A stretch of 63,802 bases of DNA, counting the filler, from Octopus bimaculoides (Eukaryota), in the NCBI RefSeq assembly GCF_001194135.2. It is 6 parts of 6 records of this genome, joined end to end, with 100 filler letters (N's around TTAATTAATTAA, not from the genome) between each part and the next. Parts side by side here need not be neighbours in the genome. Positions count along the whole stretch, not along the records: positions 54,099 to 63,802 come from NC_068986.1; 5 more parts are not named here. The stretch is one strand, 5' to 3'. The notes under the pieces were generated by a model. It did not search any database and was not told the DNA's origin. It saw only the letters and a list, made by a program, of their open reading frames with translations. Position numbers and translations under genes: made by a program. The first letter of the stretch is position 1. Each line of letters opens with the position of its first letter. This document shows positions 54,594 through 63,802 of the stretch, piece by piece.

Positions 54594-57464
54594 CATATAA
54601 ACATGTATGTATGTATTTAGTGAAGTGATAAAATTGGAACCATTATTTATCATCTTGAGAATAGAGTTCCAAAAGTCCGCTTGTCTGTTCTACTAACAAC
54701 CATTAGTATCCAACGATGGTGCATAAATGCTATTCTGATTCAACTAGTGCTTGCCTCAATCAAACCATTATCTTTGGCATTCGTTCGGCGTTGCAGCTTA
54801 TGCTGCTGCTGCTGTTGTTGCTGTTGTTGTTGCTGGTTTTATAGTTGTTCCTAGTTTTTGGTGTCGACGTTGTTGGTGAAGGTGTCGCCATTATTTTCTC
54901 CCCTGTTTTTTTGTGGGGGGGGGGCCTTTTTTGGTTTTTGCTTCTATAATCTCATTGTTGTTGTTTTTGGTGGTAGTGGTGGTCGTGGTGGTGGTCGTGG
55001 TGATGGTGGTGATTGTTGTCTGTGGTGGTGGTGGTGGTAGTGGTGGTGATTTCTCTGCGCTTAATACGTCAAGTCAATGGTTTTTCTCTCATTGAAAACA
55101 TTGNNNNNNNNNNNNNNNNNNNNNNNNNNNNNNNNNNNNNNNNNNNNNNNNNNNNNNNNNNNNNNNNNNNNNNNNNNNNNNNNNNNNNNNNNNNNNNNNN
55201 NNNNNNNNNNNNNNNNNNNNNNNNNNNNNNNNNNNNNNNNNNNNNNNNNNNNNNNNNNNNNNNNNNNNNNNNNNNNNNNNNNNNNNNNNNNNNNNNNNNN
55301 NNNNNNNNNNNNNNNNNNNNNNNNNNNNNNNNNNNNNNNNNNNNNNNNNNNNNNNNNNNNNNNNNNNNNNNNNNNNNNNNNNNNNNNNNNNNNNNNNNNN
55401 NNNNNNNNNNNNNNNNNNNNNNNNNNNNNNNNNNNNNNNNNNNNNNNNNNNNNNNNNNNNNNNNNNNNNNNNNNNNNNNNNNNNNNNNNNNNNNNNNNNN
55501 NNNNNNNNNNNNNNNNNNNNNNNNNNNNNNNNNNNNNNNNNNNNNNNNNNNNNNNNNNNNNNNNNNNNNNNNNNNNNNNNNNNNNNNNNNNNNNNNNNNN
55601 NNNNNNNNNNNNNNNNNNNNNNNNNNNNNNNNNNNNNNNNNNNNNNNNNNNNNNNNNNNNNNNNNNNNNNNNNNNNNNNNNNNNNNNNNNNNNNNNNNNN
55701 NNNNNNNNNNNNNNNNNNNNNNNNNNNNNNNNNNNNNNNNNNNNNNNNNNNNNNNNNNNNNNNNNNNNNNNNNNNNNNNNNNNNNNNNNNNNNNNNNNNN
55801 NNNNNNNNNNNNNNNNNNNNNNNNNNNNNNNNNNNNNNNNNNNNNNNNNNNNNNNNNNNNNNNNNNNNNTATATATATATATATATATGCATATATATAT
55901 TCAAACATATATATATATATGTATATCTATACATATATACATATATATGTACATATATAGATATATGTATATATATATATGTACACATACGCACACACAG
56001 AGGCGCTCACGGATACACATGCGCATACACATGCATACACACAGACAAAAATCATTAAAATAATATAGTAAAATGATCTAACTACATTATCTGTTGAACA
56101 CTTTGCTTCTGTTTTAGTCTTTCCGTCAGATCTGCAGTGCTGTAGAATCGATCGTGTCATGTTTTATTTTCGGCATGATACCATGTTAACCAATGTATGG
56201 ACATCTCTGTTTTGTTGCCGACTTATTCCTCCATTAATTGCCATTCTTGCCCGTATATATGAATCGTCTCATCACTTGGGTTCTAGGTGCTAACCCAAAG
56301 TTCTATACTTCATTTTGTTTGTTCCCCACCGACCTTTGAATGCAATGAGTAAGGCATTTAGTTTTCTTCGAGGAATATTTCAAGCTACCACAAGGTATTA
56401 ACCATTGTGAGTAATAATTACTGTCATAGAGCGTAACATTCGCATTCGTAATATCATGAAATTAACTGGTGCTGTTTTAAGCTTTTAGTTGTATGCATAA
56501 CTAGGTCCGTTGGTTGTACACTCGTGGACAGATAGATTTCAAGAAACAGTAGTTTGTTCCTAGATGTTAGCTTTCATCATTCCATACCCCTATGTTACCC
56601 GATATCCCTGACTGTTTAGGTCTATGATATGACGTTAATTTTCAGTTTGAACATCTTCAGAGCAGACTGGTCTCGTACTTCTACTGCTCAGATCTCCCTC
56701 CACCCCCGATTCATTCGTCTTTTGTGTTTTCAATCAGCTTGGCCTCTCGATAATCATTATGCTCAGTCCCTTCTCTAAACACCATCCATCTGGCATCTTT
56801 CTTCTGCCTTGCCTGCATGTATTGAGCTGCAAAAGTTTAAAAGAAGCATCAAAAGCAACTGTTATATCGGCCACTCAATTACGACACTCTCCCACTGGTT
56901 CACCATGCACTTACAAATTGGAACAGCTGCAATGTGATAAATAACACCGCAGAAAAAAATTTAGAATAGCATCAATGGAAAACATATCTATACTCCACGG
57001 AATTTCCCACACTTATGGCATGAGCAATACTTATAAGAAATAGCAAGTTTCAAATAAACGCAAAGAAACGAAAATATATACACCTGATTGACGACATCAG
57101 TAAGGTGAAATACAGAAATATACATCTTGCAGACGACATTTAAGTCCAAAGGTCAAAATTCAAATCATGGTAGTAATATCTACACCCATCAACATCGCGC
57201 CTGAAGATAACATAGTGAAGCTTTTTAGACAATACATGTAAATTTATAGACTTTTATTATTTCAATCCTACTGCAAGTAACTCATGCAAATTTATGAAGA
57301 AAAAAATTGATAAAAATGACAAAACCAGAAAAGTATTGTTTTATAACACCACGGCTAAAAGACGCCTCTTCTATATATATATATATATACATATANNNNN
57401 NNNNNTCATCACCGCCACCGCCACCATTTGTACAACAATTAGCACCAGCATATACTCTTACTCT

Positions 57465-57873
57465 TTACTCTTTTACTCTTTTACTTGTTTCAGTCATTTG
57501 ACTGCGGCCATGCTGGAGCACCGCCTTTAGTCGAGCAAATCGATCCCAGGACTTATTCTTTGTAAGCCTAGTACTTATTCTGTCGTTCGCTTTTGCCGAA
57601 CCGCCAAGTTACGGGGACGTGAACACAGCAACATCGGTTGTCAAGCGATGTTGGGGGGACAAACACAGACACACAAACACACACATATATATATACATAT
57701 ACATATATACGAGGGGCTTCTTTCAGTCTCCGCCTACCAAATCCACTCACCAGGCTTTGGTCGGCCCGAGGCTATAGTAGAAGACACTTGCCCAAAGTGC
57801 CACGCAGTGGGACTGAACCCTGATCAATGTGGTTGGTAAGCAAGCTACTTACCACACAACCACTCCTGCGCCT
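57465..57873 (-). mobile_element. SINE family A, full length
   Basis: Minus-strand head TAGGCGCAGGAGTGGTTGTGTGGTAAG, CORE-like GGCACTTTGGGCAAGTGTCTTCT, internal TA/TG tract and (GAGTAAAA)n tail. Confidence 0.92.
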
Positions 57874-57902
57874 ATATATTTATATATATATATATATATA
57901 TA

Positions 57903-58191
57903 CAGCTGTTTCCAACGAATTTTTAAAACATTTAATTGATCAACAGTAACATTACATCATTAGAAATAAAAACGTTTTCATCAGGGGAATACATGAAGCA
58001 TAACATTCAAAAACATTCAAAATCCAACAGGATTCTATGACCTGCAAGAGTCATAGAATTATAAAAATGCACATCACGTTGGCTTTTAAATGTTTTTCAA
58101 TGTTGTGATTCGTGTATTCACCTAATGAAAACGGTTTTTTCCAATGATATAATGTCTCTATTAATCAATAAAGAATTCGTAGAAACAGCTG
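57903..58191. mobile_element. Foldback Tc1/mariner-type MITE with TA TSD
   Basis: TA|CAGCTGTTTC...GAAACAGCTG|TA. Degenerate inverted arms of about 120 bp; central 10-bp stem ATTCTATGAC/GTCATAGAAT. Confidence 0.85.
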
Positions 58192-58502
58192 TAGTGAATT
58201 CACATATTATCCATCTGTTGTTATTTATTCATTTATTATAATCTCTCAGAACATGCCCTTAACGTAGATCCAAAGTATATTATGGACCGTACATTTAGTC
58301 CAATGTGCGTTTCTTGATTAGTCCAAGGGCTAGTGATATACTCAGTCGGGTACAGTTAATCGTATACATAACATGAATATCTTTCGGTCTGTATTTCGGT
58401 ACCCGGATATGTATTCCTCTATTTTTGTTGTGTACACATTTTACTTTTTGACCCGGTGCCTTACGAATTTAAGTGCCTGATTCACTGGAATCCAGATCTA
58501 TT

Positions 58503-58577
<75 letters not shown>
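58503..58577. repeat. (TAGA)n array
   Basis: Direct reading. Confidence 0.95.
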
Positions 58578-59051
58578 CAGGTCGTCGTCGACTTACGATC
58601 ACAATTGGTTACGACTGACTGGTCGTAAGTCGATTTGGTCGTAAGTCGATTTGGTCGTACGTCGGCCTATAGGCCTACATAGCTTTATTTTATATTTTTA
58701 CATTCATAAGGTGGATTCTCAGGTAAAAGTCACACACACCATTCTGTATTATACTATTATAATGGCGTTAGTTAAAAATTTCGGAGTCTCAAGCAGTCGT
58801 CTTATAAACAAATCCACGGTTGCCTCGATGTCTCCGCGACAGGATAATCATCCAACACAGCGGCGATCGATAACCAAACCTAGGGGAAGCGTTTGTTAGC
58901 TGTCATCATCTGCAGATGGGTTAATTTCTAAGAAATTAAACCCATCAGATTTTGACTGGACTATTTATTATTGCTGCCAGAAGCTGGCGCGCCAATTGTC
59001 GTAAAATCGATTGGTCGAAAGTGAGATAGGTTGTAAGTCGACGACGATCTG
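58578..59051. mobile_element. pogo/Tigger-like non-autonomous element with TA TSD
   Basis: Termini TACAGGTCGTCGTCGACTTACGATC versus reverse complement TACAGATCGTCGTCGACTTACAACC (22/25). Subterminal GGTCGTAAGTCGATTT tandem repeats. Confidence 0.88.
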
Positions 59052-59334
59052 TATATCTCAGCAGCTTTATGCAAATATATATATGCTCCACAAAAGTATA
59101 TTGAGTACTCTAGCTTTCTTTGTTTGTTAAATCGAAAATATGTATATGTGCCTGCCCTCATATGTACCTACGCATGTGTTAATGTATGTATATATGCATA
59201 TATTTAAGTATGTGTGTATGTATGTATGTATGTATGTATTTACATATGCAGGTATGTATTTACATATGTATGTATGTTGTATGTACGTATGCATTCATGT
59301 ATGTATACATGTATGTAGTTAAGTATATAGGTAG

Positions 59335-59365
<31 letters not shown>

Positions 59366-59720
59366 TGTATGTATGTATGTATGCATGCATGTATGTATGT
59401 ATGTATGTATGTATCACTCTGTATAATGATAGCAAATTCGTCGTTGAAATTTCTTATTGATTCTGAAAGATGTTTTCTCTGACAGCGAAGATGACAAGAT
59501 GCAGACACTTGATGAGGAATTGTAAATGCGGAGAAGAGGATTTCAATGGAGATTCTAAGAATGGCAGTGAATTCTTTGGCCGTTTCTCTAGAGATACTTA
59601 GAACTCATTGTGAAACTATCGTTAGGTTTTGGTCTAATAATGGAGAGCGGATGATGGTAGGAAGAGTGGGATGAGAATAGAGACATGGAGGGGGGATGTC
59701 GGCATATATATGTGTTTTTA

Positions 59721-59818
<98 letters not shown>

Positions 59819-59874
59819 GATATATAGATATATAGATATATATACATACATAATGATACACATATATGTATATG

Positions 59875-59906
<32 letters not shown>

Positions 59907-60182
59907 CTTATATACAAATACGTTTGTGTCTATGGATATATAAATATATATGTGGGTGTGCGTATATGTGTGGATGTATATGTGTATATTTATACATATA
60001 TGTATATGTACATATATAACCATTATATACACATATACGTTTATTTATGCTTAAATACATACATATATATATACACACACACAGTCATGCATACACAAAC
60101 ATATACACGTGCCGATAGAAAGAGATAGAGAGACAGACAGGCAGGTAAGCAGGCAGACAAGCAAGCAGACCAACTGACAGAT

Positions 60183-60248
<66 letters not shown>

Positions 60249-61670
60249 TGGTGAAGAAAGTTAAGAAATAACCGAAGAAGGAAAAGAAAATGCAATATTA
60301 GTTACAGTGAATGAAAGTTAGGTTGGAAGGAGAATTGATAAATGTAAGGGTGAAAGAAAAATAGAAAATAAAAAAGAAAAATATAGAAAGAAATGAAAGA
60401 AGGGGGAGGAGAAAAGATGAAATAAAGGAAGGAAGAACACGGAATACGAAGAATGAAGAATCAATTTTAAGAAAAGCAACAAAACAATTAAAGATAGACA
60501 AAAAAAATATAATATAAATAGCATATACAATGGAAATGAAAAAAAAAAATGAAGCAGATTTTTATAAACTACAAAAAGAGCAACAACGACAGCAAAGTAA
60601 GAAAATACGAAAGGACAAAGAAAGGAAGGAAGGAAGGAAGGCTATAAATGAAGAAATAAAGAAACACGGTAAGTATAATGTGTAGGAAGGAAAATATAAA
60701 TATATACATACCGACAGGTAGACAGTAATAAATAAAATAAATAAATAAATAAATAAATAAATAAAAGAAAATGAGAAAGCAATTTTATAGAAGTAATACA
60801 ATAACCTAATGGTTCTCGCCATCTTTTATAGCAGCGCCCCCTTTTCAAATAGTTGTTATTTTATTATTTACTCTACGGCCGCCATTTTTTTCTCTCATAT
60901 TTTCATGAATTTTGAATGGACATCTTCACATTGATTGCTTCTTTTGGTAAAAGAACAGCAGTTTTGAGCTTGTTCTTTGTATGGATAACATTGAGACTAT
61001 AGACAACTACATTAACCTAGTATATGACTGGTATTTTATTTTCTTTGGTTTTTATTGTCAAGTAAAGATGAACGGCAATGTTTAAACCAGCAGAACCATC
61101 GCTTGGGGGCGATCAATAGCAATACCATGCAGAGAGAAAAAGGGAGAGATAGAAAGAGAAACAGAGAGACTCTACTACGTGGTGTACCAACATGCTGGAA
61201 ATAATAGTGAAAGACTCCTCAAATTCCACTCTACTGCCTTTAAAATGGGATATATTGGACATTTAAAGACAATGCATGAAAGAATAGAATGGAGGTGACT
61301 GATATACCTTTGATCACAGATCTGCTTCCCAGACTAGACCTGCGGCTAAAGAACAACAACAATAGTAAGAACAACAACAACCACAACAAGGAACGTCGAG
61401 GTGATTGCTGGATCTTCGGAAAATAGCAGCCAGATGTTATCATAAGGGAATCAGGTACAACGTTGCAGAATTAGGCTGATGAGAAACTAAATAGATTTGG
61501 TGCGTAGGTTGAAGACGGATTGATGATTGCTGGATCGTTGTTCATTATGTATCTGCTCAGTTAAGGCTGACCTGGGGCTAAACAAAAAGCACAATGCTGA
61601 CAGCCACTTCAATATTGCCGTAAAGGTTGTAAACCTTTCAACGAAACTGACTCCTATATTCAGCACATTA

Positions 61671-61749
<79 letters not shown>

Positions 61750-61750
61750 T

Positions 61751-62122
61751 TTGTTGTTGGTACTCCGTCGCTTACGACGTCGAGGGTTCCAGTTGATCCG
61801 ATCAACGGAACAGCCTGCTCGTGAAATTAACGTGCAAGTTGCTGAGCACTCCACAGACACGTGTACCCTTAACGTAGTTCTCGGGGATATTCAGCGTGAC
61901 ACAGTGTGACAAGGCTGACCCTTTGAATTACAGGCACAACAGAAACAGGAAGAGAGAAAGTTGTGGTACAGCAGGGTTCGCCACCATCCCCTGCTGGAGC
62001 CTCGTGACGCTTTAGGTGTTTTCGCTCGATAAACACACACAACGCCCGGTCTGGGAATCGAAACCACGGTCCTATGACCGCGGAGTCCGCTACCCTAACC
62101 ACTGGGCCATTGCGCCTCCACA
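61751..62122 (-). mobile_element. SINE family B, full length
   Basis: Near-identical to 3551-3936. Confidence 0.9.
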
Positions 62123-62213
62123 TACAAATATTATAATTCCATTAATATCTAGAACGTTTTATACGGGTCCTAAATTGAATTCAGTGCTTAAATAGCGATT
62201 GCAGCGTTTAAGG

Positions 62214-62476
62214 CAGGGGTTTTCAAACGGGATCCATTTGGCCCCTGAAAGTCCATATAACATCTTGGGGCGTCTGCGCAACAAAATAATAAATTGGGGA
62301 ACCACAATATTATTTTAAGGGCCCCTGAAAAAATTTTACTTTCGATGTATGTATCGGTGTGTATTGCAAGAAAGAGCTAGTTTTTAAACATCGAATGACT
62401 AGGGGGTGGAGGTCCACCAGAATAAAATAGTAATCAAAGGAGTCCATAGATTTTTTTAAATGATTGAGAATCCCTG
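62214..62476. mobile_element. hAT MITE with 8-bp TSD
   Basis: TIRs CAGGGGTTTTCAA / CAGGGATTCTCAA (11/13). Flanks GTTTAAGG (62206-62213) and GTCTAAGG (62477-62484). Confidence 0.88.
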
Positions 62477-62589
62477 GTCTAAGGCATAAGTTAGCCATTC
62501 AGAAATACACAAAGACTGTCAACGCCTCAGGCCGACCAAAACCTTGTGGGTTGATTCGGTAGACGGAAACTGAAAGAAGCCCAATTTAA

Positions 62590-62991
62590 GTAGCTGGCTG
62601 TGTGGTAAGTAGCTGGCTTACCAGCCACATCGTTCCGGGTTCAGTCCCACTGCGTGGCACCTTGGGCAAGTGTCTTCTAATATATAGCCTCGAGTCGGCC
62701 AAAGCCTTGTGAGTGGATTTGGTAGACGGAAACTGAAAGAAACCCGTCGTATATATGTACGTGTATGTATGTTTGTGTGTTAGTGTGTCTGTGTTTGTCC
62801 CCCAAATATCGCTTGACAACCGATGCTGGTGTGTTTACGTCCCCGTTACTTAGCGGTTCGGCAAAAGAGACCGATAGAATAAGTACTAGGCTTACAAAGA
62901 ATAAGTCCTGGGGTCGATTTGCTCGACTAAAGGCGGTGCTCCAGCATGGCCGCAGTCAAATGACTGAAACAAGTATAAAGAGTAAAAAAGA

Positions 62992-62992
<1 letters not shown>
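62590..62992 (+). mobile_element. SINE family A, near full length, preceded by a partial CORE fragment at about 62520-62582
   Basis: Reverse complement of 57465-57873. Confidence 0.92.
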
Positions 62993-63050
<58 letters not shown>

Positions 63051-63054
63051 CATA

Positions 63055-63212
63055 CATACGACAAGCTTCTTTCAGTTTCCGTCTACGAAATCCACTAACA
63101 AGACTTTGATCGGCCCAAGGCTATAGTAGAAGACACTTGCCTAAGTTACCGCGCAGTGGGACTCAAACAAGAACCAAATGGTTGAGAAGCAAGCTTTTTT
63201 GCCACACAGACA
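63055..63212 (-). mobile_element. SINE family A, 5' head
   Basis: Reverse complement of about 62595-62750. Confidence 0.8.
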
Positions 63213-63738
63213 CGGATTATTTTATTAAGCATCAAATGATTATAAGGGTCCACCTAAATAAATTAGGAATCAAAAGGGCCATAGACTTACCTGTATACGT
63301 ACCTAACTCTTAAACCTGCTATAAAAGACTTCATCACGTCCATTACAGAAATGTTGAATAGTCTGGATAATGTAGTCCTAAGAACACAGTGTCTACAAAA
63401 AGGTAAAAGACATGGTTTTGATTATAACATCAACCGTGACAAGAATTACAAATCTTAGAAAGATGTGTGTGTGTGCGTGGATGTCTACTTATGTTGTGTT
63501 CTGCCTGTCTGTTTATGCGTAGGATGAGACACAAAGAAAGAGTGAATCTGACTGACATTAAGACAAGATGTCAATTGCTCCCTGGCTTATTAAAGGCCAG
63601 TTGTAAGGGAAGTATGCACTACGTGCTGAAAAAAAAACTTGTATTATTCAACGCGACAAAAAAAATAGTTCTGGAATATATGCATATGTATAAATGTGTA
63701 TGTGTCTGATGTGTGTACATTTAAATATAGATATATAC

Positions 63739-63802
<64 letters not shown>

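Overview
Eukaryotic, AT-rich, repeat-saturated genomic window. The SINE/LINE sequences resemble those I recall from Octopus (inference, not a database result). About 10% is N gaps, and five artificial 44N-TTAATTAATTAA-44N joins split it into six pre-scaffolds. I cannot identify any host protein-coding gene with confidence: nearly all ORF-track entries are microsatellite or gap artefacts. Supported content: three tRNA-derived SINE families in many copies; RTE 3' fragments; a 5'-truncated, internally deleted R4/Dong-type (RLE) LINE; Tc1/mariner transposase remnants; several MITEs with readable TIRs/TSDs; and a Penelope-type pLTR fragment with a minimal hammerhead ribozyme fold. The best leads are the hammerhead motifs, a sharply CpG-depleted 6.6 kb block bounded by joins, a decayed SGNH-esterase-like frame missing from the ORF track, close inverted SINE pairs (possible ADAR substrates), and a few unverified candidate exons. 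I found no convincing novel multi-gene system.
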